Positions 1 to 11,363 of a DNA stretch of 64,000 nucleotides are shown here, in pieces (the first letter of the stretch is position 1; the number at the start of each line of letters is the position of its first letter). Both the position numbers and the translations under genes were made by a program. Source of the DNA: Caulobacterales bacterium (GTDB lineage: Bacteria > Pseudomonadota > Alphaproteobacteria > Caulobacterales > Aquidulcibacteraceae); the NCBI GenBank assembly GCA_044340025.1, contig JBIIUJ010000001.1, positions 6,726 to 70,725 on the forward strand, written 5' to 3'. The notes beneath the pieces were generated by a model. The model worked only from the letters and a program-made list of their open reading frames with translations. It searched no databases and was not told the DNA's origin.

Positions 1-49
1 GGCCGCCGTGGCGGTCGCGCCCCTCCCCAGGGCATTTAAGAGGTCTTCC

Positions 50-1069
50 ATGCTGATCGAAAAGAATTGGAAAGAGCTCATCAAGCCAGAGCGGCCTGTC
101 ATTGAGCATGGCTTCGATCAGGGCCGCAAGGCGAAGCTGATCGTCGAGCCGCTCGAGCGCGGCTTTGGCATGACGCTCGGCAACGCTTTGCGCCGGGTGC
201 TGCTCTCCTCGCTGCAGGGCGCCGCCATCACGGCCGTCCAGATCGACGGCGTGGTGCATGAGTTTGCCTCCATCTCCGGCGTCCGGGAGGACGTGACCGA
301 CATCGTCCTCAACATCAAGCAGATCGCCTTGCGGATGCACGTTGATGGGCCGCGCCGCCTGACGCTGCGCGGCAAGGGCCCGGGCGAGGTGACGGCGGGG
401 ATGATCGCCACCACCGCCGACATCGAAGTGCTGAACCCCGAGCTGGTGCTCTGCACGCTCGACGACGGCGCCGAGATCCGGATGGAATTCACCGTCTCCA
501 ACGGCAAGGGCTACGTCCCGGCCGACCAGAACCGGCCGGAGGATGCCCCGATCGGTCTGATCGCGGTGGATGCGCTCTATTCGCCGGTGAAGCGGGTGGC
601 CTATCGGGTGGACAACACGCGCGAAGGCCAGAAGCTCGATTACGACAAGCTCGTGCTCGAAGTTGAAACCAACGGCGCGGTGACCCCGGAAGACTCGGTG
701 GCTTACGCCGCCCGAATTCTTCAGGATCAGCTCCAGCTCTTCATCACGTTTGAAGAGCCGAAGATGAAGAAGCTCGAGGAGGAGCGTCCCGAGCTTCCGT
801 TCAACCCGGGCCTGCTGAAGCGCGTCGATGAGCTGGAGCTTTCGGTGCGTTCGGCCAACTGCCTGAAGAACGACAACATCATCTACATCGGCGATCTGAT
901 CCAGAAGTCGGAAGCCGAGATGCTGCGCACGCCGAATTTCGGTCGCAAGTCGCTGAACGAGATCAAGGAAGTGCTGGCCCAGATGGGGCTGCACCTCGGG
1001 ATGGAGGCGCCCAACTGGCCGCCGGAGAACATCGACGATCTCGCCAAGAAGTACGAAGATCAGATCTAG
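50..1069 (+). CDS. rpoA: DNA-directed RNA polymerase subunit alpha
   Basis: ORF 8..1069. The canonical N-terminus [14 protein letters not shown] starts at internal ATG 50. The alpha-CTD motif [15 protein letters not shown] is present, and rplQ follows as in the conserved operon. Confidence 0.95.
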   Translation: MLIEKNWKELIKPERPVIEHGFDQGRKAKLIVEPLERGFGMTLGNALRRVLLSSLQGAAITAVQIDGVVHEFASISGVREDVTDIVLNIKQIALRMHVDGPRRLTLRGKGPGEVTAGMIATTADIEVLNPELVLCTLDDGAEIRMEFTVSNGKGYVPADQNRPEDAPIGLIAVDALYSPVKRVAYRVDNTREGQKLDYDKLVLEVETNGAVTPEDSVAYAARILQDQLQLFITFEEPKMKKLEEERPELPFNPGLLKRVDELELSVRSANCLKNDNIIYIGDLIQKSEAEMLRTPNFGRKSLNEIKEVLAQMGLHLGMEAPNWPPENIDDLAKKYEDQI

Positions 1070-1114
1070 AACCCTGCCGCCGCGCCGCGAGGCGCCGCTT
1101 TATGGAGAAGAGCA

Positions 1115-1519
1115 ATGCGCCACGGCCACGGCCACCGGAAGCTGAACCGGACCCACGAGCACCGCACCGCCATGTTCGCCAACATGGCTGCCGCGCTCAT
1201 CAAGCACGAGCAGATCGTGACCACCCTCCCCAAGGCGAAGGAACTGCGCCCTGTGGTGGAGCGCATGGTCACGCTCGCCAAGAAGGGCGGCCTTGCAAAC
1301 CGGCGCCTCGCGATTGCGCGCATGCGTGACGAAGCCATGGTGGGCAAGCTGTTTGAGACGCTGGGGCCGCGCTATGCGGGCCGGTCGGGCGGCTATACGC
1401 GCATCATGAAGGCGGGTTTCCGTTATGGCGACAACGCGCCGATGGCGGTGATCGAGTTCGTGGACCGCGACGTCTCTGCGCGAGGCAAGGATTCCGGCCC
1501 GGTCCTCGACGCAGAATAA
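1115..1519 (+). CDS. rplQ: 50S ribosomal protein L17
   Basis: 134-aa ORF beginning [17 protein letters not shown], the typical L17 N-terminus, directly downstream of rpoA. Confidence 0.95.
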   Translation: MRHGHGHRKLNRTHEHRTAMFANMAAALIKHEQIVTTLPKAKELRPVVERMVTLAKKGGLANRRLAIARMRDEAMVGKLFETLGPRYAGRSGGYTRIMKAGFRYGDNAPMAVIEFVDRDVSARGKDSGPVLDAE

Positions 1520-1542
1520 GCGCGATCGCCAGCAGGACAGAG

Positions 1543-1576
1543 AAAAAGGCCGGTCCCGCTCGGGGCCGGCCTTTTT
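1543..1576. terminator. Bidirectional rho-independent terminator between convergent rplQ and the GS-like gene
   Basis: AAAAA-GGCCGGTCCC-GCTC-GGGGCCGGCC-TTTTT. The stem is 10 bp (one G.U pair) with a 4-nt loop, an A-run on one side and a T-run on the other. Confidence 0.6.
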
Positions 1577-1603
1577 GCTTTGGGCTTCGCTGCGTGTGTT
1601 CGC

Positions 1604-2998
1604 TCAAACGTTGAGCAGCAGGAACTCACGCTCCCAGGGGCTGATGACCCGCATGAAGGTCTCGAACTCCGCGCGTTTGATGGCGGCGTATGTGGTCACG
1701 AAGCCTTTGCCCAGAATGTTGACCAGCGCGTCATTCTCTTCAAAGAGCGCCACCGCCTCCAGCAGAGAGCGTGGCAGATCATGCTCCAGAATGTCGGCGG
1801 CGCCAGTCACTGGGTCGGTGGGCTTCAGCCCCTCCTGGATGCCAAGATAGCCCGCCGCCAGAGAGGCTGCGATCGCCAGATAGGGGTTGGCGTCGGAGGA
1901 GGGCAGACGGTTCTCCACCCGCCGGTTGGCGGCGCTGGAGGGCGGCACCCGCAGGCCCGTGGTCCTGTTGTCATAGCCCCATTGCATGTTGACCGGCGCG
2001 CTCACCCCCCGCACCAGCCGGCGATAGGAGTTCACATAGGGCGCCAGCATGCATAGCACTGCGGGCAGAAAACGCTGCTGGCCGGCGATGAACTGAAAGA
2101 ACTCCGGCGTGGGGCGGCCTTGCGCGTCGGAGAAGATGTTGTCGCCCTCTTCCGAGGTCACGATGGACTGGTGGATGTGCATGGCGCTGCCGGGCTCGTT
2201 GGCGATCGGCTTGGCCATGAAGGTGGCGTAGATCTTGTGCTGGAGGGCGGCTTCCCGGATCGTCCGTTTCAGCAGGAAGACCTGATCGGCCAGCCAGAGC
2301 GGATCGCCGTGGAGAAGATTGATCTCCATCTGCGCGGCGCCTTCCTCGTGGATCAGCGTGTCGATCTCAAGCCCCATCGCCTCGGCATAGTCGTAGATCT
2401 GTTCGAACAGATCTTCGAACTCGTTCACGGCGGAGATTGAATAGGAGCGTCGGCCTGCTTCCGGCCGCCCTGAACGCCCGATCGGCGGTTCGAGCGGATA
2501 ATCGGGATCGGTGTTCGGCTTGACGAGATAGAATTCGAGTTCCGGCGCCACCACTGGCCGCCAGCCCTTCTTTTCATACAGCTCCAGCACGCGTTTGAGC
2601 ACCTGACGCGGCGCGATCTCCACCGGCCGTCCGTCGCGGTAGAATGCATCGTGGATCACCTGCGCGGTCGGGTCCTGCGCCCAGGGCACGAGGCAGAGCG
2701 TCGAGTAATCGGGATGGAGTTCGACGTCCCCGTCGGATGGATCGTAGCTGAAGTCCTCGTCCTCGTCGGGGTATTCGCCAGAGATGGTCTGCACGAAGAT
2801 CGAAGACGGCAGGCCCATCGAGGGGTCTGAGAAGAACTTCGACGCCGGCATGATCTTGCCGCGAGCCACGCCCGCCTGGTCGGGCACGACGCACTCGATT
2901 TCGGTGACGCGCCGGGCCGAGACCCATTTCTTCGCTTCGGTAAGGGTCAGGACGGGATCATCCTCCACGCGGGAGGCAGCGGGTTTTTTCTTGGTCAT
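1604..2998 (-). CDS. Glutamine synthetase family protein (gamma-glutamyl-amine ligase-like)
   Basis: 464-aa ORF with GS beta-grasp and catalytic-domain-like sequence (..MAKPIANEPGSAMHIHQS.., ..NRRVENRLPSSDANPYL..). The substrate cannot be told from sequence. Confidence 0.85.
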   Translation of the reverse strand: MTKKKPAASRVEDDPVLTLTEAKKWVSARRVTEIECVVPDQAGVARGKIMPASKFFSDPSMGLPSSIFVQTISGEYPDEDEDFSYDPSDGDVELHPDYSTLCLVPWAQDPTAQVIHDAFYRDGRPVEIAPRQVLKRVLELYEKKGWRPVVAPELEFYLVKPNTDPDYPLEPPIGRSGRPEAGRRSYSISAVNEFEDLFEQIYDYAEAMGLEIDTLIHEEGAAQMEINLLHGDPLWLADQVFLLKRTIREAALQHKIYATFMAKPIANEPGSAMHIHQSIVTSEEGDNIFSDAQGRPTPEFFQFIAGQQRFLPAVLCMLAPYVNSYRRLVRGVSAPVNMQWGYDNRTTGLRVPPSSAANRRVENRLPSSDANPYLAIAASLAAGYLGIQEGLKPTDPVTGAADILEHDLPRSLLEAVALFEENDALVNILGKGFVTTYAAIKRAEFETFMRVISPWEREFLLLNV

Positions 2999-3043
2999 TG
3001 GTCACCTATGGTCATCAGGCTAGCACGGCTTTCCGCAGAAAGC

Positions 3044-3772
3044 CTAAACTGGCGCTGCAGGCTTTCGCCCGAGCGCCACAAGGTAAAGCTCCACGCTCTC
3101 CGCCCGGCTGGCCGCTGGCTTGGCGTGGCGCACCTCCCGGAAACCTTGCTTCAGGGCGGTCAGCATCGCGCCTTCCGAGCCGCCCTGAAACACCTTGGTC
3201 ACGAAGGTGCCGCCGGGCCCGAGCACGTCGAGGGCGAATTGCGCGGCGGCTTCAGCCAGCGCCGCCGTGCGCAGATGGTCGGTGCGGCGGTGCCCTACCG
3301 TATTGGCGGCCATGTCCGCAATCACCAGGTCCGGCGCCCCGCCCAGCAGCGCCACCAGCCGCTCCCCCATTCCTTCCTCCAGAAAGTCGCCCTGCACCAG
3401 CGTCACGCCGGGCAAGGCGTCGACGGGAAGAAGATCCACGCCCACCACCGCCTGCGCGCCACGCTTCAGCGCGGCCTGCGCCCAGCCCCCAGGGGCGACG
3501 CCGAGGTCAATGATCCGCGCGCCGGGCTTCAGAAACCCGTAGCGATCGTCCAGCTCCAGCAGCTTGTAGGCCGCGCGCGAGCGCCAGCCCTCGGCCTTGG
3601 CGCGCGCGACATAAGGGTCGGCCAGTTGTCGCTGCAGCCATTTCTTGGAGCTTTCGGTGCGTTTTCTCTTCGGGTCGAGTTTTGCTGGCTCTGCGCGCAG
3701 CGGACCCATGCCGTCTGCGCCCGCCGCCTGGCGCCGGCGCCGGGGCGGGGCTTCGTCGTCGGGTCCGCTCAT
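3044..3772 (-). CDS. rlmE: 23S rRNA (uridine-2'-O)-methyltransferase RlmE/FtsJ
   Basis: ORF 3044..3907. Start taken at internal ATG 3772 (MSGPDDE..), which makes an ATGA overlap with the upstream ppx stop. SAM-binding motif [11 protein letters not shown] and FtsJ-like C-terminus. Confidence 0.85.
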   Translation of the reverse strand: MSGPDDEAPPRRRRQAAGADGMGPLRAEPAKLDPKRKRTESSKKWLQRQLADPYVARAKAEGWRSRAAYKLLELDDRYGFLKPGARIIDLGVAPGGWAQAALKRGAQAVVGVDLLPVDALPGVTLVQGDFLEEGMGERLVALLGGAPDLVIADMAANTVGHRRTDHLRTAALAEAAAQFALDVLGPGGTFVTKVFQGGSEGAMLTALKQGFREVRHAKPAASRAESVELYLVALGRKPAAPV

Positions 3773-4848
3773 GCCGGCGCCGCCACGCTTGCCGCGACCT
3801 TGCGGCCGCGCCCGCGCCGACCGCGCCGGGCTTTGGCCTCCATCAGGCTCAGCAAGACCCCTTCGCGCAGGCCGCGATCGGCCACGCGCAGCCGATCGAT
3901 CGGCCACCGTTCGGCGATCGCTTCAAAGATCGCGCACCCTGACAGCACGAGATCGGCGCGATCAGGACCGATGCAGGGGTGAGCCGCGCGCTCGGCATGG
4001 GAGAGGCCTTGAAGCTGCCGGGAAGCCGCGTGCGCCTGGCCGGCGTTCATCCACAATCCGTCGACACGGTGACGCTGATAGCGCTCCAGGCCGAGGTGCA
4101 CGCCGGCAAGGCTTGTCACCGTGCCGGAGGTTCCGATCATGTGGACAAGCCCCTGCGGCGGCGCGATGCGGAAGCCTGCCTCCGCCACGGCGGTATCGAT
4201 CAGGTCGTGAACATGGTCCACCATCGCGCCAAACCAGGCCGCGCGCGGGGCATGCTCGGGAAAGCGCTCCGCCAGAGTGACGACGCCGATCGGGATGGAA
4301 ACCCAGGCCTCGATGTGCGGCGCGCCGCCCGGCTGAGCCCGCACCCAGGAAAGCTCGCTGGAGCCGCCGCCGATGTCGACGATCAATGCGGCCGCCGCGT
4401 CCCTGGCGATGAGGCTGGCGCAGCCCATGACTGCAAGGCGCGCTTCTTCCTGCGGCGTGATCAGATCAAAGCGCAGTCCCGTCTCGCGCTCCACCGTGCT
4501 CAGGAACGCAAGCCCGTTTCGCGCCGCCCGGCAGGCCTGGGTGGCGATGAAGCGGGTCTTCAGCGGCCTGCGGCGGCGAAGCTTGTCGGCGCAGACCGCC
4601 AGCGCATCGAGGGTGCGCCCGATGGCGGCAAGGCTGAGCTCGCCTGTCGCCGCGAGCCCTTCTCCAAGCCGGACAATGCGCGAAAAGCTCTCCACCACCC
4701 GCATGCCGGCTGGCGCGGGCTCGGCGATCAGCAGCCGACAATTGTTGGTCCCCAGATCGATCGCCGCATAGAGCGGGCGCTCGCGCCGGGCGACCGGGGG
4801 AGGCGCAGGCCTGCCCGTTTCGGGCGGCGCGCCGACCTCTGCGCCCAT
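3769..4848 (-). CDS. Ppx/GppA family exopolyphosphatase/guanosine pentaphosphate phosphohydrolase
   Basis: C-terminal 359 aa of ORF 3769..5325, starting at ATG 4848. Contains the motif [18 protein letters not shown]. The upstream part of the ORF is antisense to hspQ. Confidence 0.8.
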   Translation of the reverse strand: MGAEVGAPPETGRPAPPPVARRERPLYAAIDLGTNNCRLLIAEPAPAGMRVVESFSRIVRLGEGLAATGELSLAAIGRTLDALAVCADKLRRRRPLKTRFIATQACRAARNGLAFLSTVERETGLRFDLITPQEEARLAVMGCASLIARDAAAALIVDIGGGSSELSWVRAQPGGAPHIEAWVSIPIGVVTLAERFPEHAPRAAWFGAMVDHVHDLIDTAVAEAGFRIAPPQGLVHMIGTSGTVTSLAGVHLGLERYQRHRVDGLWMNAGQAHAASRQLQGLSHAERAAHPCIGPDRADLVLSGCAIFEAIAERWPIDRLRVADRGLREGVLLSLMEAKARRGRRGRGRKVAASVAAPA

Positions 4849-4926
4849 GAACCTTGCCGCGACCCTCAGTTCGCGCTCCTTCGGGAGGCAGGATACGGCG
4901 ATCTGCGGCCGCCTCAAGAGGGAATG

Positions 4927-4955
4927 CTTGCAGCCGCTGTGAGCGGCGCCTATCT
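4927..4955 (+). promoter_or_regulatory. Putative sigma32 (RpoH)-type promoter of hspQ
   Basis: CTTG-N18-CCTATCT, 41 nt upstream of the hspQ ATG. It resembles the alphaproteobacterial RpoH consensus CTTG-N17/18-CYTATNT. Confidence 0.35.
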
Positions 4956-4995
4956 CTCCTCGTCCCATCGGGCGCTCGCCCTCGGACGACAGACC

Positions 4996-5328
4996 ATGCA
5001 CGAACGCGTAGCGAAATTTCCTATCGGCGCCGTTGTCCGGCACCGCGTCTTTCCGTTTCGCGGCGTGATCTTCGACGTCGACCCGGAATTCGCCAATACC
5101 GAGGAATGGTGGAACGCCATTCCCGCGGAAATCCGGCCGCGCAAGGATCAGCCGTTTTACCACCTCTTCGCCGAGAACGAGGACAGCACCTATGTGGCCT
5201 ATGTATCCGAGCAGAACCTCCTGCCCGATACGAGCGGCCAGCCGGTCGAGCACCCTAATGTCGAGCTGGTGTTTGAAGGCTTCGACGGCGAACGGTATCG
5301 CCCGCGCGGTCAGGGCGCGCGCCACTGA
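4996..5328 (+). CDS. hspQ: Heat shock protein HspQ (YccV/hemimethylated-DNA-binding domain)
   Basis: 110-aa C-terminal part of ORF 3979..5328 starting at ATG 4996: MHERVAKFPIGAVVRHRVFPFRGVIFDVDPEF..YHLF. Confidence 0.85.
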   Translation: MHERVAKFPIGAVVRHRVFPFRGVIFDVDPEFANTEEWWNAIPAEIRPRKDQPFYHLFAENEDSTYVAYVSEQNLLPDTSGQPVEHPNVELVFEGFDGERYRPRGQGARH

Positions 5329-5343
5329 ACCGCGCCCGAAAGC

Positions 5344-6744
5344 CTATTCGGCCGCCATCGGCTGTGGGGCAAGCCATCCCGACAGATCGGCCAGTGCGCG
5401 CTGCGCCATCAGCGCCTTCCTGGCCCGGCCGCGCTCCTCTCCCTTCAGGCGCTTGCCCTCCGGATCGTGAGTGGGCGCCTCCAGCGGCGGAAACAGACCA
5501 AAGTTGACGTTCATCGGCTGAAAGCTGCCTTTGCCGCCGTCAATATGGCCACCCGTCACATGGCCGAGAATCGCGCCGAGCGCGGTTGTGACTGGCGGCG
5601 GGGCGGGGCTCTCGCCCAGCTTTTCGGCCGCCGCGAATCGCCCGGCGAGAAGCCCGATCGCCGCGCTTTCCACATAGCCTTCGCAACCCGTGATCTGGCC
5701 TGCGAACCGGAGCGATGGGCGGGCCTTCAGCCGCAGCGTTGCATCCAGAAGCCGGGGGGAATTCAGGAACGTGTTGCGGTGAATGCCGCCCAGCCGGGCG
5801 AACTGCGCATTCTCCAGCCCCGGGATCATGCGGAAGACCCGCGTCTGTTCGCCGTGCTTCAGCTTGGTCTGGAAGCCGACCATATTGAACAGGGTGCCCA
5901 GCGCATTGTCCTGTCGCAGCTGGACCACCGCCCAGGGCCGCTTGCCGGTGCGCGGGTCGGTCAGGCCGACGGGCTTCATCGGTCCGAAACGCAAGGTCTC
6001 GCGCCCACGCTCGGCCATCACTTCGATGGGCAGGCACCCCTCGAAATAAGGCGTTCCTTCCCATTCCTTGGCGATGCTCTTGTCGCCCGCCAGCACGGCG
6101 TCGATGAAGGCCTCGTACTGGTCGCGATCCATCGGGCAGTTGACATAGTCGGCGCCGTCGCCGCCCGGGCCGGCCTTGTCCCAGCGCGACTGGAACCAGG
6201 CCTTCTCGAAATCGATGCTCTCGCGGTGCACGATGGGCGCGATCGCGTCGAAGAAGGCGAGTTCGTCCTCACCGGTCAGCGCCTGGATATCGGTTGCGAG
6301 CGCGGGCGAGGTGAGGGGCCCCGTCGCGATGATGACATGCTCCCAGTCGGCTGGCGGGAGGCCGCGCATCTCCTCGCGCACGATGGAGATGAGCGGATTG
6401 GCGCCGATGGCGGCGGTGACGGCGGCTGAGAACCCGTCGCGGTCCACCGCCAGCGCCGCGCCGGCAGGCACCTGATGACTGTCGGCGCAGCGCATGATCA
6501 GACTGCCGGCGCGGCGCATCTCTTCGTGGATCAGCCCGACCGCATTGGAGCGCCAGTCGTCGGAGCGGAATGAATTCGAACAGACGAGCTCGGCAAGGCC
6601 GTCGGTCTTGTGGGCGTCAGTCATCTGGACGGGCCGCATCTCATGCAGCACGACAGGCACGCCGCGCGAGGCGATCTGCCAGGCGGCCTCTGATCCGGCG
6701 AGGCCGCCGCCGACGACATGAACGGGCTTCAAACGCTTGGACAT
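5344..6744 (-). CDS. trmFO: Methylenetetrahydrofolate--tRNA-(uracil-5-)-methyltransferase TrmFO
   Basis: ORF 5344..6798, with the start at ATG 6744 ([23 protein letters not shown]). FAD-binding GGGLAG motif and Gid/TrmFO-like sequence throughout. Confidence 0.9.
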   Translation of the reverse strand: MSKRLKPVHVVGGGLAGSEAAWQIASRGVPVVLHEMRPVQMTDAHKTDGLAELVCSNSFRSDDWRSNAVGLIHEEMRRAGSLIMRCADSHQVPAGAALAVDRDGFSAAVTAAIGANPLISIVREEMRGLPPADWEHVIIATGPLTSPALATDIQALTGEDELAFFDAIAPIVHRESIDFEKAWFQSRWDKAGPGGDGADYVNCPMDRDQYEAFIDAVLAGDKSIAKEWEGTPYFEGCLPIEVMAERGRETLRFGPMKPVGLTDPRTGKRPWAVVQLRQDNALGTLFNMVGFQTKLKHGEQTRVFRMIPGLENAQFARLGGIHRNTFLNSPRLLDATLRLKARPSLRFAGQITGCEGYVESAAIGLLAGRFAAAEKLGESPAPPPVTTALGAILGHVTGGHIDGGKGSFQPMNVNFGLFPPLEAPTHDPEGKRLKGEERGRARKALMAQRALADLSGWLAPQPMAAE

Positions 6745-6836
6745 GGGCGGGGATATAAGCGGACCCGCTTTCAGGGTCGAGGCGTGCGTTTGGCGCAAAG
6801 CGTGCTAAGCCGCAGATCTACCACGGTGGAGGGCCC

Positions 6837-7727
6837 ATGGCGGCGGATGGCAAGGTTCCGGTTGTGCGCGCGGCGAAGGCTGGTCTGGCCTTTCTGCGGG
6901 AGTCGTGGCGGCATTATCTCCCCGGCGCCGCCATCTGCGGCGTCGCCGCCGGCTGGGCCACCGCCGCGCAGGCGCTCTATGCGCGCGACGGCGGACCTCA
7001 ATTCCTGCACACCGTTCTTGCGCTGGTAGCCGTGCTGCTCACCTCGATCTTTTTTCAGACGGCCGCGTTGCGCCATGCGTTGCGCGATGTGACGCCCGGC
7101 CCGCTCGCGCTGGAAACCGGCCCGGACGCGTTTCGTCTGCTCGGCGTGTCGGTGCAGGTCGGGTTCTTTCTGGTTTTGCTGATGGCGCCCCTCGTGCTTG
7201 CCCTGAGCGTGATCCTGGGCGTGATGCTTGCCGGCAGCGGGATTGATCCCAACGCCGTGGGGCAGGACCCGGCGGCGCTCGTGGCCGCGCTGGGGCCAGG
7301 CGGCGGCGCGATCCTGACCATCATCGGTCTTCTGGCGCTTGCCGGCGTGCTTTGGTTCTACGCCCGGTTGGCGCTTGCCGCGCCTGCCACGATCGGCGAA
7401 GGCCGGATGATGGCGTTTCGCACCTGGCGCTGGACCAGGGGCAATGGGTGGCGGATCCTTGCCGCCATCGTGCTTGTCACCTTCCCGCTCTCGGTGGCGA
7501 CCGGCATCGTCAGCGCTCTGGTGCAGGGGCTGACCCAGACGCCGCTGAGCGACCCCGCCGCCCTTTTGCGCGATGGCGAGCTTTTGCGGTCGCCGTTTCT
7601 GATTGCTGCGGTTGGCGGGCTTCAGGGCTTCCTGAACACGCTTGTGGTCGGCCTCTCCTCGGTCGGCGTCACGGCGTTTCTCTACAAGGGCCTTCGCCCG
7701 CAGGAAGAGACGATCACTGTGGCATGA
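6837..7727 (+). CDS. Hypothetical polytopic membrane protein
   Basis: 296-aa ORF with a GGAGGG SD upstream and several long hydrophobic segments. No family recognised. Confidence 0.6.
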   Translation: MAADGKVPVVRAAKAGLAFLRESWRHYLPGAAICGVAAGWATAAQALYARDGGPQFLHTVLALVAVLLTSIFFQTAALRHALRDVTPGPLALETGPDAFRLLGVSVQVGFFLVLLMAPLVLALSVILGVMLAGSGIDPNAVGQDPAALVAALGPGGGAILTIIGLLALAGVLWFYARLALAAPATIGEGRMMAFRTWRWTRGNGWRILAAIVLVTFPLSVATGIVSALVQGLTQTPLSDPAALLRDGELLRSPFLIAAVGGLQGFLNTLVVGLSSVGVTAFLYKGLRPQEETITVA

Positions 7728-7748
7728 CCTGAGCGGTCAGCGCGACGC

Positions 7749-10646
7749 TCATTCCGCAGCCGAAAGCCGCCGCGCTTGCGCGGCGCGCCGCTCGGCATGG
7801 CGCAGAAGCGTTTCCTTCAGGTAGCGCCCCGTCCAGCTTTCCTCCACGCGCGCCACATCTTCCGGCGTTCCTTCCGCCACGATCCGACCGCCGCCGTCGC
7901 CCCCCTCGGGACCTAGATCGATGATCCAGTCGGCGCATTTGATCACGTCGAGATTGTGCTCGATCACCAGAACGGTGTTTCCACCATCGGCCAATTCCTG
8001 CAACACTTCCATGAGCTTGCGCGTGTCCTCGAAATGCAGGCCCGTTGTGGGCTCGTCGAGGATGTAGAGCGTGCGGCCGGTGGAGCGGCGCGCGAGTTCC
8101 TTGGCCAGCTTTACCCGCTGGGCCTCCCCGCCTGAAAGCGTGGTGGCCTGCTGGCCCACTTTCACATAGCCAAGGCCGACCCGTTCGAGCGTCTCCATCT
8201 TGTCGCGGATCGCAGGGACGGCTTCGAAGAAGCGGGCTGCTTCCTCCACGGTCATGTCGAGCACGTCTGCGATGGACATGCCCTTGAACAGGACCTCCAG
8301 CGTCTCGCGGTTATAGCGTTTGCCGTGGCAGACGTCGCAGGTGACATAGACATCGGGCAGAAAGTGCATCTCGATCTTCTGCACGCCGTCGCCCTGGCAG
8401 GCCTCGCATCGTCCGCCCTTCACGTTGAAGCTGAACCGGCCGGGGCCATAGCCGCGCGCCTTGGCCTCCGGCAGGCTCGCAAACCAGTCGCGGATCGGGC
8501 CGAAGGCGCCGGTGTAGGTGGCGGGATTGGAGCGCGGCGTGCGCCCGATCGGGCTCTGATCGATGTCGATGACCTTGTCGAGGTGCTCCAGGCCCTCCAG
8601 GCTTTCGTGCGGCGCAGGCACCTCCGAAGCGCCGTTCAGCCTGCGCGCCACCGCCTTGTAGAGCGTATCGATGATCAGGGTGCTCTTGCCGCCCCCTGAA
8701 ACGCCCGTCACGCAGGTGAAGGTTCCAAGCGGGATCGACGCCGAAACGCCCTTCAGATTGTTGCCGCGCGCGCCCTTGATGGTGAGGAGCTTCTTGTCAT
8801 TGCGCCAGCGGCGCTTGTCGGGGATCGGGATTTCGCGCTCGCCGCGCAGATAGGCGCCCGTCAGGCTGCCCGGAGCGGCCTGCACGTCCTGGGGGGCGCC
8901 TTGCGCCACCACCACCCCGCCGTGAACGCCCGCCGCGGGACCCATATCGATCACGTGGTCGGCGGTGAGGATGGCCTCTTCGTCATGCTCGACCACCAGA
9001 ACCGAATTGCCGAGATCGCGCAGGCCTTTCAGGGAATTGAGCAGGCGGGTGTTGTCGCGCTGATGCAGGCCGATGGAGGGTTCGTCCAGAACGTAGAGCA
9101 CGCCGGTGAGGCCAGAGCCGATCTGGCTTGCCAGCCGGATGCGCTGGCTCTCGCCGCCCGACAGCGTGCCGGAGTTGCGTCCCAGAGACAGATAGTCGAG
9201 GCCCACATCGACGAGGAACCGCAGCCGGTCGCGGATTTCCTTCAGGATGCGGGTTGCGATTTCGCGCTGCTTGGGCGTGAGCTGCTCTTCCAGTCCCGAA
9301 AACCAGTCGCGCGCCTCGCGGATCGATTTTGTGGAGGCGGCCGAGATGTCGAGCCCGCCCACGCGCACCGCCAGCGCCTCCGGCTTCAGGCGCTTGCCAT
9401 GGCAGGAGGGGCAGGGCTGGGCGGACTGGAAGCGGCCGAGATCCTCGCGCACCCAGGCTGAGTCGGTCTCGCGCCAGCGCCGCTCCATATTGGGCACCAC
9501 GCCCTCGAACGGCTTTTTCGTCTCGTAGCGGCGCAGGCCGTCGTCATAGACGAAGGCGATCACCTCGCTGCCCGTGCCGTGCAGGACCTTGTCCTGGAAG
9601 TCGTCCGGCAGGGCGCGCCAGGGGGTGTTCATCTTCACGCCATAATGCTTGGCGAGGGCCTGAAGCGTCTGGGTGTAGAGCGGGGAGGGGCCTTTCGCCC
9701 AGGGCGCGATCGCCCCGTCCTGCAGGCTCTTGTCCTTGTCAGGCACGACCATATCGGCATCAAACTTCAGCTGCACGCCAAGCCCGTCGCAGGTGGGGCA
9801 GGCGCCGAACGGGTTGTTGAAGCTGAAAAGCCGGGGCTCGATCTCGGGAATGGTGAAGCCGGAGACGGGGCAGGCGAACTTCTGGCTGAACATCAACCGG
9901 CGGGGTTCCTCGCCCTCGGCGGCGTCGGCCCATTCGGCGATGGCGATGCCGTCGGCGAGCCGCAAGCAGGTCTCGAGCGAATCGGCCAGACGCTGCTCCA
10001 GCCCCTCGCGCACCACGACCCGATCGACCACCACGTCGATGTCGTGCTTCAGCTTCTTGTCCAGGTCGGGCGCATCCTCGAGCGCGAAGAATGCGCCATC
10101 GATCCGGGCGCGCTGGAACCCCATCTTGATCCAGCTCTTGATTTCGGCCCTGTACTCGCCCTTGCGACCGCGGATCACCGGGGCGAGCAACAGAAGCCGG
10201 CTTCCTGCAGGCTGCGCCAGAATGCGATCGACCATCTGGGAGACGGTCTGGCTTTCGATCGGCAGGCCCGTGGCGGGCGAGTAGGGCACGCCGACGCGCG
10301 CCCAGAGAAGGCGCATGTAATCATAGATTTCCGTGACGGTGCCAACCGTCGAGCGCGGGTTCTTGGAGGTGGTCTTCTGTTCGATGGAGATGGCCGGCGA
10401 GAGACCTTCGATCGCATCGACGTCGGGCTTGGACTGCAGCTCCAGGAACTGGCGCGCATAGGCCGACAGGCTTTCGACGTAACGCCGCTGGCCCTCGGCG
10501 TAGATCGTATCGAAGGCGAGCGAGCTCTTGCCCGATCCCGACAGCCCAGTCAGCACGACCAGCTGGCCGCGCGGAATGTCCACATGGACATCCTTGAGAT
10601 TGTGCTCGCGCGCGCCTCGAACACGAATGTAGGGCAATTCAGACAT
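7749..10646 (-). CDS. uvrA: Excinuclease ABC subunit A
   Basis: 965 aa with two ABC ATPase modules ([20 protein letters not shown]) and zinc-finger cysteines. Full-length UvrA architecture. Confidence 0.97.
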   Translation of the reverse strand: MSELPYIRVRGAREHNLKDVHVDIPRGQLVVLTGLSGSGKSSLAFDTIYAEGQRRYVESLSAYARQFLELQSKPDVDAIEGLSPAISIEQKTTSKNPRSTVGTVTEIYDYMRLLWARVGVPYSPATGLPIESQTVSQMVDRILAQPAGSRLLLLAPVIRGRKGEYRAEIKSWIKMGFQRARIDGAFFALEDAPDLDKKLKHDIDVVVDRVVVREGLEQRLADSLETCLRLADGIAIAEWADAAEGEEPRRLMFSQKFACPVSGFTIPEIEPRLFSFNNPFGACPTCDGLGVQLKFDADMVVPDKDKSLQDGAIAPWAKGPSPLYTQTLQALAKHYGVKMNTPWRALPDDFQDKVLHGTGSEVIAFVYDDGLRRYETKKPFEGVVPNMERRWRETDSAWVREDLGRFQSAQPCPSCHGKRLKPEALAVRVGGLDISAASTKSIREARDWFSGLEEQLTPKQREIATRILKEIRDRLRFLVDVGLDYLSLGRNSGTLSGGESQRIRLASQIGSGLTGVLYVLDEPSIGLHQRDNTRLLNSLKGLRDLGNSVLVVEHDEEAILTADHVIDMGPAAGVHGGVVVAQGAPQDVQAAPGSLTGAYLRGEREIPIPDKRRWRNDKKLLTIKGARGNNLKGVSASIPLGTFTCVTGVSGGGKSTLIIDTLYKAVARRLNGASEVPAPHESLEGLEHLDKVIDIDQSPIGRTPRSNPATYTGAFGPIRDWFASLPEAKARGYGPGRFSFNVKGGRCEACQGDGVQKIEMHFLPDVYVTCDVCHGKRYNRETLEVLFKGMSIADVLDMTVEEAARFFEAVPAIRDKMETLERVGLGYVKVGQQATTLSGGEAQRVKLAKELARRSTGRTLYILDEPTTGLHFEDTRKLMEVLQELADGGNTVLVIEHNLDVIKCADWIIDLGPEGGDGGGRIVAEGTPEDVARVEESWTGRYLKETLLRHAERRAAQARRLSAAE

Positions 10647-10704
10647 GGGGCCGGACCAAGAGAGGAGTGGCGCAATCTAGACCATTCTTCGCGCTTGACG
10701 GCAA

Positions 10705-10719
10705 GAACAGAATATGAAC
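10705..10719. promoter_or_regulatory. Alphaproteobacterial LexA (SOS) box GAAC-N7-GAAC in the uvrA/ssb divergent region
   Basis: GAACAGAATATGAAC, the reverse complement of GTTC-N7-GTTC. It sits next to a TTGACG -35-like hexamer at 10695..10700. Confidence 0.6.
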
Positions 10720-10836
10720 ATCTAAACGGGTCGCAGTGCGGTTTCCTGCGGATAAGTCGTGGGCTGCGGTCGCCTTGTCCGGATCGGGTTTCTAGGCTGG
10801 CGAACTCAGGCGCGCGGCGCGCGAAAGGAACCGGGC

Positions 10837-11340
10837 ATGGCGGGCAGCATCAACAAGGTCATCCTCGTGGGCAATCTGGGCCGGGACCCGGAAATCCGTT
10901 CGCTTGGCTCAGGCGACCGGATCGCCAATCTGCGGATCGCCACCAGCGAGAGCTGGCGCGACAAAATGAGCGGGGATCGGAAGGAAAAAACCGAGTGGCA
11001 CTCGGTGGTGATCTTCAACGAGTCGTTGGTGAAGGTAGCCGAGAACTATCTGCGCAAAGGCTCCAAGGTCTATATCGAAGGGGCGCTCCAGACCCGTAAA
11101 TGGCAGGACCAGAGCGGCGCGGAGCGCTATTCCACCGAAGTCGTGCTGCAGAAGTATCGGGGCGAACTCACCATGCTCGATGGCCGCGGCGGCGGCGAGA
11201 GCATGGGCGGGGACATGGATGAGGGCGGCGGGCGCTCCTACGCCAATGGCGGCTCCGGCGGCTCTGGCGGTTTTGGCGCCCCGCGGCGCAGCGAGGCGCC
11301 AAAGGAACAATTCCCGATCGACGACGACATCCCGTTTTGA
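10837..11340 (+). CDS. ssb: Single-stranded DNA-binding protein
   Basis: Start at ATG 10837 ([19 protein letters not shown]). OB fold, Gly-rich tail and acidic C-terminal tip DDDIPF. Confidence 0.95.
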   Translation: MAGSINKVILVGNLGRDPEIRSLGSGDRIANLRIATSESWRDKMSGDRKEKTEWHSVVIFNESLVKVAENYLRKGSKVYIEGALQTRKWQDQSGAERYSTEVVLQKYRGELTMLDGRGGGESMGGDMDEGGGRSYANGGSGGSGGFGAPRRSEAPKEQFPIDDDIPF

Positions 11341-11363
11341 GCTTCGGCTGATCCTGCCGGGCG

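Noticed and set aside
1-49. Possible 3' end of rpsK (S11) upstream of rpoA.
   Set aside because: None of the three forward frames ends in a recognisable S11 C-terminus within these 49 nt, so no call can be supported.
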